Source: Planctomycetota bacterium (GTDB lineage Bacteria > Planctomycetota > GCA-002687715 > DRQF01). From it: a DNA stretch of 38,019 nt. Position numbers and translations under genes: made by a program. Within the stretch, counting starts at the first letter, position 1. Every line of letters begins with the position of its first letter. The notes below the pieces were generated by a model, which ran no database searches, was not told where the DNA came from, and saw nothing but the letters and a program-made list of their open reading frames with translations. Location of the stretch: the NCBI GenBank assembly GCA_027001995.1, contig JALTLO010000019.1, positions 48,874 to 86,892 on the forward strand, given 5' to 3'. Shown one piece after another: positions 1-9,096 of this stretch.

Positions 1-2
1 GC

Positions 3-1151
3 TTTGACAATAGCCTGTTGAATCAAGACACTGGGCCGAAAAGCATAGGATGTACTCAGCAAGTTACCCCGTGCTCCAGAACGAAACATCGTCTTGAAAA
101 CCAAGGACTCGGCCTCGTTCTCCACCGCATAACCTGCCCGCGTCTTATCACCCCGGCGACCACCCCGGCCGATCCTCTGAAGCAGAGAAGCCACGTCGGG
201 CGGTGGGCCAACCAAAAGAACGTAATCCACTGTGCCGATATCTATGCCCATCTCTAAGGTCATGGTGGCAAAACAAACCGCGGCTTGAGACGTCAAAAAC
301 TGACGTTCCGTACGCTCTCTTTGCTCTCGAGAAAGAGAACCATGATGAGTGAAGATCGCCTCACGAAAGAGACTCCGGTTGCGAACACCGTTGCTTAGAT
401 TCTCACAGTCATTTCTGGAATTGCAGAAGACCAGAAGTTTGCGAAAACCGCCCCGGGCCAATTCGTTGAGATGCTCAACCAAATCTTCCTTGCCCCGGCC
501 CATGAACTCCTTGCCATGAATGCGCCGGGCCCCAGGCACCTGCACCACTTCCGCATCATGAAGGTAACGCTTAGCCAAACCGATAGGGTCATCGACCGTG
601 GCACTGGCAGCAATGATTTGAGGCCGCACTTCGCAGACATGATCAAGGCGTTTTAGCAGGATCCGAAGCTGATCTCCCCTTGGGCTGTTATCAAGGACAT
701 GGATCTCATCGAGAACGATCAGGCGTGTGTTCTTAAGTCGCTCTGGCCGTCTGGCAATGGTGGAGTCCAGGGATTCTGGAGTGGTAATAATGATCTGGGG
801 GAAGGCCCCCCCAGTCACCTCTTTGTACTCACCTGTCCGGCGACCAAAGCTAACACCGACTTGATCCATCTTTCCTTCCAAACGCCGAAAAAGATCGTTT
901 GCTAAGGCCCGCGTTGGACTCACGATCACAACAGAAGCTGACCCGCCAACCAAGGCACGGACCATCTGGGCCGCTGGCGCAGCATACGCTTCAGTTTTTC
1001 CGCTGGCCGTGGCTGAACAAAGCAAGACATCCCGTCCTTTCATGATGACGGGAATGGCCTTCTCTTGGATTTGAGTGAGTTTGCGAAACTGCCCAAAGAA
1101 GGCACGAAAAGAAAATGGAAGAAGGTCGAGAAGTTCAGAGGCCACGGACAT
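3..1151 (-). CDS. Lhr-like DEAD/DEAH-box helicase (BrxHI/SngC-like), 3' end runs off the window
   Basis: Missing from the ORF track because it has no stop in the window. Manual translation from ATG 1151 gives MSVASELLDLLPFSFRAFFGQFRKLTQIQEKAIP (Q motif), SATASGKTEA (Walker A), LIVLDEIH (motif II), ASAT (III), ATMTLEMGIDIG (V) and LLQRIGRGGRR (VI). It starts 1 nt after the upstream TAG. Confidence 0.9.
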   Translation of the reverse strand, partial: MSVASELLDLLPFSFRAFFGQFRKLTQIQEKAIPVIMKGRDVLLCSATASGKTEAYAAPAAQMVRALVGGSASVVIVSPTRALANDLFRRLEGKMDQVGVSFGRRTGEYKEVTGGAFPQIIITTPESLDSTIARRPERLKNTRLIVLDEIHVLDNSPRGDQLRILLKRLDHVCEVRPQIIAASATVDDPIGLAKRYLHDAEVVQVPGARRIHGKEFMGRGKEDLVEHLNELARGGFRKLLVFCNSRNDCENLSNGVRNRSLFREAIFTHHGSLSREQRERTERQFLTSQAAVCFATMTLEMGIDIGTVDYVLLVGPPPDVASLLQRIGRGGRRGDKTRAGYAVENEAESLVFKTMFRSGARGNLLSTSYAFRPSVLIQQAIVK

Positions 1152-1152
1152 G

Positions 1153-2601
1153 CTAAGCCTCTATGCCCAAACGGCGTTCGTCCATGAGGTAGACACATGA
1201 CCGAACAGCAGCTCGGAAATTAGCATCGTGTGCGTCCAGCCCTTCGCCACAGATTTCAACCAGATCCTCCAAGAAAGGCGCTACTTCGAAGTCTGGATAA
1301 GACACCTCATAGATGTCACCGATGCGCCGGGCAAGCTCAACCATGTCCCGCTTTCTTAGAGGGCGCAGAGCGACATCGTATTCATCAGACTCTGTGATTT
1401 CGCCGAAATGCGCTTCGATTTCTGGCAAGGGAGTCAGGGCAAAGATGACGCAAAGAGGCTGATCTTCTTGAAACTTCAGCGACAGGGCTTTGTGAACGCC
1501 CTGACCGCCCCGATAGAGTTCATGTTCGGCAGAAAAGAGCAAGTCATCTTCTGCCATCGTCACCGCCGAGAAGTGCTTCAATACTTCTAAGGCGTACCCT
1601 TGCTGTCCTTGGCTCAAGGCATCAATGCGCTCCACTTCATCAAAAAGGAGTACGAGGCCATTGGCACCAGCACCCTTGGCGAACGCTGCCAAGGTGCCAA
1701 TCATGTGGGTGTACATCCGCCCGTAGGTGCGAAAGTCCGAGAGAGTCAACGGCATTTCACCACGCCATCTCAATCGCCGTAAGATCTTTCGCAGCTCATC
1801 GCTGCCGATCTTGTCAGCATGAACATAGTCGCGAAACCAGCCAATATCTTCCTCATTGCCATGATTCAACACAAAGAGGTAGGAAGAAAAGAAACGACTA
1901 AAACAAGCCCCGTCCGCGTTGTTGAACGCTTCATTTTCAGTGAGGTCATCGAGGATAGAACCTAGCCCACCAGATGCGGCTCCAGGCATATGGATCGATT
2001 CCGCGATTCGACGATAAAGCCGGAGAGGGTGGCTAAGGGCATTCTCGGTCGGGTCTAAGGTAATTCTCGCAGTGGCAAAGCCCGCCCGCCTAGCAAGCTG
2101 CTCGGAGACATCCAACAAATGAGTCTTACCCGTGCCGTAGTCGCCCCAAATGACGCGGCAACCCTGGGTGTCATCCAGCAAAGCGGAGATCGAATCCATC
2201 TCTGTTTCTCGTCCAACTGTGTAGGCGTCGACTCCATGCTGGGGCACAACACCTAAACGCAGCGCTTCCAAAATCTGAAAGGCATCGATTTGTTTTGACT
2301 TTTCGTCGACCACCGCCGACTTCCTCTGGGAAACACGCTTCTTGCTGGTTCTCAGCCGTCGGAGAGACTTTTGGGCCGGAGTTTCGTCTTGGGGGGTTGC
2401 CGTCAATGTGCTGCCACCATTTATTGACTCTTCGACGTTCTCAAGGACGATCTCAGTCAAATCCCCTTTCTGAACGTTAAGAGGTAAACTAGGCCTCAAG
2501 TCAAATGCCACGACGATCCCGCTGCCCGCCCTCTTCTTGAGAACACGCCCTTCACCGTGCTCCGCATGGCACACCCGGTCGCCTACTGAGAACTCTAGCA
2601 T
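1153..2601 (-). CDS. BrxD/DUF2791-like P-loop ATPase with an N-terminal Tudor/SH3-like domain
   Basis: LEALRLGVVP...VGR, Walker A GDYGTGKTH and Walker B GLVLLFDEVE are typical of the BrxD/DUF2791 family. The N-terminus FSVGDRVCHAEHGEGRV resembles the CarD/UvrD C-terminal Tudor motif. Confidence 0.8.
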   Translation of the reverse strand: MLEFSVGDRVCHAEHGEGRVLKKRAGSGIVVAFDLRPSLPLNVQKGDLTEIVLENVEESINGGSTLTATPQDETPAQKSLRRLRTSKKRVSQRKSAVVDEKSKQIDAFQILEALRLGVVPQHGVDAYTVGRETEMDSISALLDDTQGCRVIWGDYGTGKTHLLDVSEQLARRAGFATARITLDPTENALSHPLRLYRRIAESIHMPGAASGGLGSILDDLTENEAFNNADGACFSRFFSSYLFVLNHGNEEDIGWFRDYVHADKIGSDELRKILRRLRWRGEMPLTLSDFRTYGRMYTHMIGTLAAFAKGAGANGLVLLFDEVERIDALSQGQQGYALEVLKHFSAVTMAEDDLLFSAEHELYRGGQGVHKALSLKFQEDQPLCVIFALTPLPEIEAHFGEITESDEYDVALRPLRKRDMVELARRIGDIYEVSYPDFEVAPFLEDLVEICGEGLDAHDANFRAAVRSCVYLMDERRLGIEA

Positions 2602-3881
2602 TAGAAGAACTCCTGTTCGCCATCGAGGGAACTAGGCTCTGACCCACCAACAGTGTCCAGCATGTTTGAAACCTCGGTTGAGCTCAGGGCGTGTTCTTCA
2701 CCAGCGGTTTGTTCCCCAAGCATGCGGATGGTGGTCTTGACGAAGTCACGTCGGCGGCCACCTTCCAACACTTGCGAGCCCAATTCATCAGCCAAGAGTT
2801 TGACGTTCGCCTTCTGCAATTCCTTGTCGAAATTGCTGTCAAAGGCGATGTCATAAATGTCCAGCAGCTTCTCGCCGAGCACACCCATGAGCTTGACTGG
2901 CCCCATAGACAAGCGTTCGAGATCGATGAGTGGCATGAGCGGGTTGTTCTGTGACATACCAGCCACAACTTTGAGCCGCTGGGCCAAGGCCGGATAATCT
3001 GGGACAACCGTGCTCATGAATTCCGGTGGTACGGCGTAGCACCAAAGAACTCCAGGCAAAGTGGCCTGGCCACATTGGTCGATCATTTGTCGAAGATTGT
3101 CGCCGATTGCCCGCCTTCGTTTTGGTGGCAAGCTCATGTTGCGGTCCATTTCGTCAAACAGCATCACCAAGCCTGGGAGCTGCAAATGAGACAGGCTTTG
3201 AACCAAGCTCTTCAAGAATCCAAAGGCATTGGTGTCCGAAAGTTGCTCCCGGATACGGAAAGGGGTGAGCTCGGAGGCTGGCACACGTGTGCCACGCAAA
3301 TAGTCAGCAAGCAAGTCCACACAATCGTAATCATCGTCCACCACCCCAGCCATGTAGCAAGACACAGCTTTGCGGAAGTTGCGGCTTTCTACCGGAGATT
3401 CTTCGAATTCTCGTCGCAGCCAGTGTTTGAAGTCAGCAGCACCAATTTCTTTGGCTCTTTGGCGGGCGATGGTTCGCAAGACCACGTCGATGCCCGGTTC
3501 TGGCTCTAAATCCAGTGATTCTGGGGGCAGCTCCAACCCCTTAGCCACTGCCTCGTAGATCTTCTCGGGCTTATCAAAGGGGCATTCTTTCGGTGAAAGA
3601 TCAACTCGTGCAGTACAGAAACCTTCTTGCCATGCGATCTCGCGCAAGCTCATTAGGAATTGCGTCTTGCCGCCGCCGAAAGTCGCTTGGATCAATTTGA
3701 AGGAGCTGTTGCGGCCCGATTCTTTCATCTGCTTGAGATATTCAATTCGCAACATCTCCAAGAGATCATTAGTAGCCACATTCACAAAAAGTGCACCCCG
3801 CTCCGGCGGTTGACCCGTCTCTCCCATACGCTGGATGATGTGCCTTGCCAATGCTGGATCAAGATCTTCGTTGTAGAGCAT
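2601..3881 (-). CDS. Second BrxD/DUF2791-like P-loop ATPase
   Basis: Walker A ATFGGGKTQ, Walker B GLVMLFDEMD, LRQMID and YPALAQRL. It overlaps both neighbours by 1 nt (TAATG and TGATG junctions). Confidence 0.8.
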   Translation of the reverse strand: MLYNEDLDPALARHIIQRMGETGQPPERGALFVNVATNDLLEMLRIEYLKQMKESGRNSSFKLIQATFGGGKTQFLMSLREIAWQEGFCTARVDLSPKECPFDKPEKIYEAVAKGLELPPESLDLEPEPGIDVVLRTIARQRAKEIGAADFKHWLRREFEESPVESRNFRKAVSCYMAGVVDDDYDCVDLLADYLRGTRVPASELTPFRIREQLSDTNAFGFLKSLVQSLSHLQLPGLVMLFDEMDRNMSLPPKRRRAIGDNLRQMIDQCGQATLPGVLWCYAVPPEFMSTVVPDYPALAQRLKVVAGMSQNNPLMPLIDLERLSMGPVKLMGVLGEKLLDIYDIAFDSNFDKELQKANVKLLADELGSQVLEGGRRRDFVKTTIRMLGEQTAGEEHALSSTEVSNMLDTVGGSEPSSLDGEQEFF

Positions 3882-4771
3882 CAGGAGTCCTCTTTGCTGA
3901 AGAATACGGTCAACTTAAATTCGCCATTGCCCTGTTCATCTTCGAAGAAAATAACCCGGCTTTTCTTCGATGCACTTGAGCCTGTGGCCACACCCAAGTT
4001 CAACCTACGATTCTTATGAACCAAGGCTTTTTCGCGGCGCAAACGCAAGACATCCCAGGCAAATTGCGCCCGGGTATAGTCCTTAAAACTCTTCTGCCGT
4101 GGATCTTTGAGAAAAGCTGGCTTCTGCCGGTGAATCGCCAAATAGGGCAAAAAGTCGACAATCTCGACTCGGTCGCTTTTGGCGCCAGTAGCAGCTCGAC
4201 AAGCCTGCCACGCGCTATAGCAATGTTCGTGAAAAACTTGAGGATCAAAGGGTGTATTGAGGACTTTCAAAGCCTCATCATAACCCGCGAGAATCGCATC
4301 ACATTCTGCCGGGACTTGCAACAGAGTCTCCTTGGCAAATTGAAGTGACGCTTTTCCTTTGTCGCGGTCAATCACGATAGCCAAGGGAGGTGTGCGCACT
4401 TCGATAGGCCCTTCCCGGCGCAAGACTCGCATGGCCAACCCTCTGGCCTTAAAAGCGTCCCCCAAGTCTTGGCCCAAACGCTCCGTGGCTTGTTTGACGC
4501 GATCCTCCAAGTGGGCCCGGATATGATCAATAATCTGGCCCCCATTGACCGCAGAAGTAAGCCCAGTCGGCACTTTCTTAGAAGCCTTCTCTACAGCTAT
4601 CAAAGCCTTCTTGACGTCTTCGTAAACCTTAGGCTTATTCAAAGGCCCTAGGACCGTAGCCATTTTCCCCAGCTCTTTCGCTGCTGCCTTCAGGGCTCCC
4701 TGCTGTATCACAACCCATTTGTGAATGGGGACAGTCTCCCCCTCTTGAACATCATTTTCCGACTGATTCAT
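3881..4771 (-). CDS. Hypothetical protein, first gene of the ATPase-ATPase-helicase operon
   Basis: 296 aa ORF whose stop overlaps the next ATG. No family motif recognised. Confidence 0.75.
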   Translation of the reverse strand: MNQSENDVQEGETVPIHKWVVIQQGALKAAAKELGKMATVLGPLNKPKVYEDVKKALIAVEKASKKVPTGLTSAVNGGQIIDHIRAHLEDRVKQATERLGQDLGDAFKARGLAMRVLRREGPIEVRTPPLAIVIDRDKGKASLQFAKETLLQVPAECDAILAGYDEALKVLNTPFDPQVFHEHCYSAWQACRAATGAKSDRVEIVDFLPYLAIHRQKPAFLKDPRQKSFKDYTRAQFAWDVLRLRREKALVHKNRRLNLGVATGSSASKKSRVIFFEDEQGNGEFKLTVFFSKEDS

Positions 4772-5131
4772 GTTTTCTTCTTTGTTGGCTTCGTTCTATT
4801 GGTCGGCATCCCTGCCACCGCCCACTGTCATTGTGAACGAGACCACAGATTTGCTCAAGATCATGAGTACAAAACGCCCAATTGCCTAACAACTGGAGGG
4901 CCAAGAATGGCATTCTATGACCAATTCGTCAACTGGGTGAACTTGACCAAGATTCGCCGATTTTCTTGATGGTTTTGGGGATAAAGAACAGGCAAATGGC
5001 GCGTCGAGAGCGGGAGAACCGCCAACGTGGCGCAAGACAGTCGGCACCAAATGGACTCACTGAATACGATGCGAGCAGCTTTTCTTGGATTGAATATGCA
5101 AAAAACGACGCCAAGAATTCCTTCGACAGTT

Positions 5132-5383
5132 TCAGGTGGCGACAGTGTGGCTAACTGTTGAAGTAGAAGAACTATCGGCAACATGGATCGTGACCGATTG
5201 CCCCGCTTCCGGTGCTTTGAAGCAGATTGTCACCGTATGTTTGGCTGGGTTATGTTTCAACTTTAGGCTAACGGCGGCCCCAGAACTCAAAGCGCGTGCG
5301 GAAAAACCAGCACCAACGCCAGAAGCCGTTATGCATACTGTAGAGCCTGGCTCCACAAAAATTGGCCCGGTGATTGAGATCAT
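5132..5383 (-). CDS. Small beta-rich two-Cys protein, cassette 1 (Ig-like fold inferred)
   Basis: 83 aa, one of five paralogues with consensus MI-x-I/L-x-G-P/S...V-E-x-G-x-x-V-C-I/L-T...NP...C-F...HTV. ATGA overlap with the upstream gene. Confidence 0.8.
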   Translation of the reverse strand: MISITGPIFVEPGSTVCITASGVGAGFSARALSSGAAVSLKLKHNPAKHTVTICFKAPEAGQSVTIHVADSSSTSTVSHTVAT

Positions 5384-5865
5384 GACGCCCTGATCGTGGC
5401 AATAAGGTCTTCGATCCGCGTGCGGAGCTTAGCATGTTTGATTGAACCCAAGGTGGATTCAATCACCCCCTGAACAGGCTTTAAGGCGACAGGGTCAATA
5501 GACTGTAGAACCCTGAGAGCTGTCAAACGCGTTTGGATAAACCGATCTTGCAAGGAGTTGCAGACCAGATCGTACAAAGCGACATGCCCTCGATCCCCAA
5601 TCCAACTCAATGCCACATTCCTCTTTTCCTCAGTTCCATTCAGCAACCTCGCAACAATCCTAGGGCGACCAGATGAAGCATAGAGAGTATCGAGAATCCC
5701 GTACTCCGCCACGAGGATTGCATCAACACTGGACAATGAGGGAGCCGTCTCAGACTCCCCAACGAAACGGTTGAGGCCGAGGGCGGTGATACCCACAATC
5801 CCAATGGCGACAGCGGTTCGACGAAAGAACTGGCGGCGCGCGATATCCACGGTTTGAACTTGCAT
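5380..5865 (-). CDS. Twin-arginine-leader HEAT-like protein, cassette 1 (leader type A)
   Basis: Start moved to MQVQTV (ATG 5865), which follows AAAGGA. ARRQFF plus a hydrophobic stretch; helical C-terminal domain with W-I...H..YDLVC..L.D and LKP. Confidence 0.8.
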   Translation of the reverse strand: MQVQTVDIARRQFFRRTAVAIGIVGITALGLNRFVGESETAPSLSSVDAILVAEYGILDTLYASSGRPRIVARLLNGTEEKRNVALSWIGDRGHVALYDLVCNSLQDRFIQTRLTALRVLQSIDPVALKPVQGVIESTLGSIKHAKLRTRIEDLIATIRAS

Positions 5866-5941
5866 AGGGATTTCCTTTCGACGGCAAACTCCAAACATAA
5901 ACATTCCAAATTACCTGACGCCGTCTTTCGCAGGGGTGGAC
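5747..5941. repeat. Type-A leader/upstream direct repeat, copy 1 (~195 bp)
   Basis: Matches 7621-7815 with about 5 substitutions counted by eye. Confidence 0.95.
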
Positions 5942-6057
5942 CATAAAATTTCGTGGAATCCGAAAAAACTCAGAGAGCCTTAGAGCCCAACGCCGACAAG
6001 GTCACGCAAGAACATATCGTGCGTTAGACTTCACTATCAAGAATAAATCTCCGGCGA

Positions 6058-6315
6058 TCAAAATCTGCTGATTACTGTATGGCTAACGCCTTTTGGCCCA
6101 CTATTATCGCCAACATGCACGATCACACCGGCACCCGCCGCAGGGGCAACAAAACAAACCGTCGCGGTACGCTTCTTGGCATTGATGATGATAGTCACCT
6201 TAACCGGAAGTCCAGACGACACCGCCGTGGCAGAAAAACCTGGGCCGACATTCGACGCGGTTATGCACACATTGGACCCTGCTTCAACGAAACTAGGGCC
6301 ATTCAACCGAATCAT
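6058..6315 (-). CDS. Small beta-rich two-Cys protein, cassette 2
   Basis: 85 aa paralogue MIRLNGPSFVEAGSNVCIT...VCF...SHTV; ATGA overlap. Confidence 0.8.
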   Translation of the reverse strand: MIRLNGPSFVEAGSNVCITASNVGPGFSATAVSSGLPVKVTIIINAKKRTATVCFVAPAAGAGVIVHVGDNSGPKGVSHTVISRF

Positions 6316-6788
6316 GACGCCTCAATCTCGACCAACAATCTGTCAACTTGCGCGCGGAACTCACGACTCTTAATTCTGTCGTTTGTTTCTCCAATCAACT
6401 GCAGATGTGGTTTCAACGCTGGATACCCGATTCTGGCTAAAACGACGAAGGCTGCCTTTTGAACTTCTTTGTGTCTTGCCCCAAGAGAAACACAGACAAG
6501 ATCATACATCGATGCATGCTTACGATCTTCAATCCATTGGAGGGTCCTAACGGCCTGTGATGGAGTCCCATTGGCAACGACAGCCTCAATCTTGGTGCGA
6601 CCAAGTGTGGCGTAAAATACATCGAGAGACCCGAAATCGGCTACGATTTCAGCCTCGATTCCGTTCGGCACAGCCGCCTTCATCTCGCCAGCAGAGTAAC
6701 GAACGCCCAAGGCAGCGATTCCAACAATTCCAGCGGCGGTCCTAGCAAAAAAGAGTCTGCGCGAGAAAAACGACCTGGGAATAGACAT
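6312..6788 (-). CDS. Twin-arginine-leader HEAT-like protein, cassette 2 (leader type B)
   Basis: SRRLFF plus a hydrophobic stretch ending MKAA; conserved WIEDRKHASMYDLVC and LKPH; AGGAG upstream. Confidence 0.8.
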   Translation of the reverse strand: MSIPRSFFSRRLFFARTAAGIVGIAALGVRYSAGEMKAAVPNGIEAEIVADFGSLDVFYATLGRTKIEAVVANGTPSQAVRTLQWIEDRKHASMYDLVCVSLGARHKEVQKAAFVVLARIGYPALKPHLQLIGETNDRIKSREFRAQVDRLLVEIEAS

Positions 6789-6887
6789 GACTGCGATAAT
6801 CTCCTGCTTTTATCTCAAACAATGTGAGCGTCTATTGTTCTTGACGTAACTTCGTGAACTTGCGGACCGGGAAATCTTTGTTCTTTG
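6671..6887. repeat. Type-B leader/upstream direct repeat, copy 1 (~217 bp)
   Basis: Matches 8565-8782 with roughly a dozen differences, including a 1-nt indel. Confidence 0.95.
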
Positions 6888-6999
6888 ACGAAAATTGTGA
6901 CAAATAGCGAATAACGTCAGCAAAATTCGGTAATTCGCTGTGAGAATTCTTGGAAAGAATGAACCCGCCAGCGAAAAATCCAAGTCACACGGGCAGACT

Positions 7000-7257
7000 C
7001 TACCGGCGTACGATCACAGTATGATTATTGGCTTCCGATTTGTTGTTGCCCGTAACATGAACGGTAACCGTGCTACCGCCCGCAGGTGCGACGAAACAAA
7101 GTACGGCTGTGTGATTTTGCGGATTGATCGTCACTTTCAACTTGACCACGGTTCCCGGTGAACTCGCAATTGCGCTAAACCCACTTCCAATGTTTGTTGC
7201 CGTAATACAAACATTGGAGCCTGCTTCCACAAAGCTTGGTCCACTTAACGGAATCAT
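7000..7257 (-). CDS. Small beta-rich two-Cys protein, cassette 3
   Basis: 85 aa paralogue MIPLSGPSFVEAGSNVCIT...LCF...NHTV; ATGA overlap. Confidence 0.8.
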   Translation of the reverse strand: MIPLSGPSFVEAGSNVCITATNIGSGFSAIASSPGTVVKLKVTINPQNHTAVLCFVAPAGGSTVTVHVTGNNKSEANNHTVIVRR

Positions 7258-7739
7258 GACGATTCTATTTCCACCAACATCCCACGAACTTCTGACAGGA
7301 GCTCCCCATCCTTAATACTGCGACTCACTGCCTCAAGCGCGGCGGCATGGGGCTTCAGAGTTACGCGGTCGAGACCATTCAGCGAAGCATATGCAACTTT
7401 CTGAATTTCTTTCCTGCCGTCACCCAAATACAAGCACAACAAGTCGTACATTGGCGCATGTCGCCGTCGGCCAATCCAAAGTAGGGTGCGAGACACTTGA
7501 GAAATCGTGCCCGTCGCCAACACCAGCTCTATCTTGGAACGACCAGCCGTCGCGTAAAAAGTGTCTAAGCGGGTGTAATCAAGGGCGATGTCTAGCTTGG
7601 CTGCATTGGTCGGGCCAGCAGTCTCAGACTCCCCAATGAAACGGTTGAGGCCGAGGGCGGTGGTACCCACAATCCCAATGGCGACGGCGGTTCGACGAAA
7701 GAACTGGCGGCGCGCGGTATCCACGGTTTGAACTTGCAT
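7254..7739 (-). CDS. Twin-arginine-leader HEAT-like protein, cassette 3 (leader type A)
   Basis: Start moved to MQVQTV (ATG 7739), which follows AAAGGA. Leader nearly identical to cassette 1; WIGRRRHAPMYDLLC and LKPH. Confidence 0.8.
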   Translation of the reverse strand: MQVQTVDTARRQFFRRTAVAIGIVGTTALGLNRFIGESETAGPTNAAKLDIALDYTRLDTFYATAGRSKIELVLATGTISQVSRTLLWIGRRRHAPMYDLLCLYLGDGRKEIQKVAYASLNGLDRVTLKPHAAALEAVSRSIKDGELLSEVRGMLVEIESS

Positions 7740-7815
7740 AGGGATTTCCTTTCGACGGCAAACTCCAAACATAAACACTCCAAATTACCTGACGCCGTCT
7801 TTCGCAGGGGTGGAC
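7621..7815. repeat. Type-A leader/upstream direct repeat, copy 2
   Basis: Matches 5747-5941 at an offset of 1874 bp. Confidence 0.95.
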
Positions 7816-7948
7816 TATGAAATCTTTAGAAATTTCTATTTTCTGCTCACATCCGACAGCCGAGCGCCCATGGATGCCAGATGGAACCCTGGGGCAAGGC
7901 TAACCAATGAAAATCTTCGGCGATCTGAGAAGCCGAGGGACTTAGCCC

Positions 7949-8203
7949 CTACAATCCAAAGACTGTATGGGTCATTCTCTCGCTGGCAGTGTTCTTCACA
8001 TGAACAGTCACAGCCCTTGCGCCCGGGGGTATAGTGAAGCAGATTTTCGCCCTGTGTTTCGCAGGATTATGGATCACCTTCAGCTTGATCCTTTGGGATC
8101 CGCTCACAGCGGCGTTTGCCGAAAAGCCCGGGCCAACTCCAGTCACCGTGAGACACACCTGGGCACCCACTTCAACGGCGGATGGGCCGCTTATTTTGAT
8201 CAT
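7949..8203 (-). CDS. Small beta-rich two-Cys protein, cassette 4
   Basis: 84 aa paralogue MIKISGPSAVEVGAQVCLT...ICF...THTV; ATGA overlap. Confidence 0.8.
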   Translation of the reverse strand: MIKISGPSAVEVGAQVCLTVTGVGPGFSANAAVSGSQRIKLKVIHNPAKHRAKICFTIPPGARAVTVHVKNTASERMTHTVFGL

Positions 8204-8682
8204 GACAATTCGACATCATTCAGCAGTCGCGTGAAGACTACTTTAAGCTCATTCCGCTTTACCCCTGGGGCAGCGGATTGAAGAATCCCTAGATGGGGCT
8301 TCAAGAGAACTGGGTCCATATTCACCAGCAAACGCAATGCAACTTCTCGCACCTTCATTCTTCCGTCTACCACCGACCTACATATCAGGTCATAGAGAGG
8401 CTTATGCCCCCGCATTTCAATCCACTCCAGGGCATAGATTTTCTTCTCAACTGTTCCGTTTTGAAGTCGTGCTTCAATCCTAGGCCGACCAAGGCTCGCA
8501 AACTGAGCATCGAGTAGCGCGAATTCAGAAGCCTCCGCTACTGCCAAGACTTGCTTGGTCGGGCCAGCCGCCTTCATCTCGCCAGCAGAGTAACGAACGC
8601 CCAAGGCGGCGATTCCAACAATTCCAGCGGCGGTCCTAGCAAAGAAGAATCTGCGCGAGAAAAACGACTTGGAAATAGACAT
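8200..8682 (-). CDS. Twin-arginine-leader HEAT-like protein, cassette 4 (leader type B)
   Basis: SRRFFF leader nearly identical to cassette 2; WIEMRGHKPLYDLIC and LKPH. Confidence 0.8.
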   Translation of the reverse strand: MSISKSFFSRRFFFARTAAGIVGIAALGVRYSAGEMKAAGPTKQVLAVAEASEFALLDAQFASLGRPRIEARLQNGTVEKKIYALEWIEMRGHKPLYDLICRSVVDGRMKVREVALRLLVNMDPVLLKPHLGILQSAAPGVKRNELKVVFTRLLNDVELS

Positions 8683-8782
8683 GGCTGCGATGATCTCCGT
8701 GCTTTTGTCTCAAACAATGTGAGCGTCTGTTGTTCTTGACGTAACTTCGTGAACTTATGGACCGGGAAATCTTTGTTCTTTG
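8565..8782. repeat. Type-B leader/upstream direct repeat, copy 2
   Basis: Matches 6671-6887 at an offset of about 1894 bp. Confidence 0.95.
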
Positions 8783-8838
8783 GGCAAAAGACAAGGAAAA
8801 AGAAGTAGCACTATCCAGACCCATAAGTCCACAAAGGA

Positions 8839-9096
8839 TCATCGGCCAAAAACGGTGTGCGTAACCTCCTCTGCCCCTGAATTATCCGAGACCACGATCG
8901 ACACGCTTTCCCCAGAAGCTGGGACGGTGAAACATACAGTAGCCGTATGAGCCGCCGGGTTGATGGCGACCTTGAGCTTGACTGCTTTCCCCTTCCGCTT
9001 GATTGCGGTTGCATTGAAACTTGCGCCAATGCCAGAAACCGTGAGACAGATCGTGGATCCAGGTTCTCCGAAATGTGAACCGCTGATCGAGATCAT
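8839..9096 (-). CDS. Small beta-rich two-Cys protein, cassette 5
   Basis: 85 aa paralogue MISISGSHFGEPGSTICLT...VCF...THTV; ATGA overlap. Confidence 0.8.
   Translation of the reverse strand: MISISGSHFGEPGSTICLTVSGIGASFNATAIKRKGKAVKLKVAINPAAHTATVCFTVPASGESVSIVVSDNSGAEEVTHTVFGR

Noticed and set aside
1140..1160. Stop-codon readthrough or fusion between the ATPase and the helicase
   Set aside because: Careful reading shows a separate ATG at 1151, in frame with the helicase motifs and in a different frame from the ATPase.
5866..5945. Riboswitch in the type-A upstream region (gacggc...gccgtc pairing, GAAA loops)
   Set aside because: There is only a 6-bp complement and no match to a riboswitch consensus I can recognise; an Infernal/Rfam scan would be needed.
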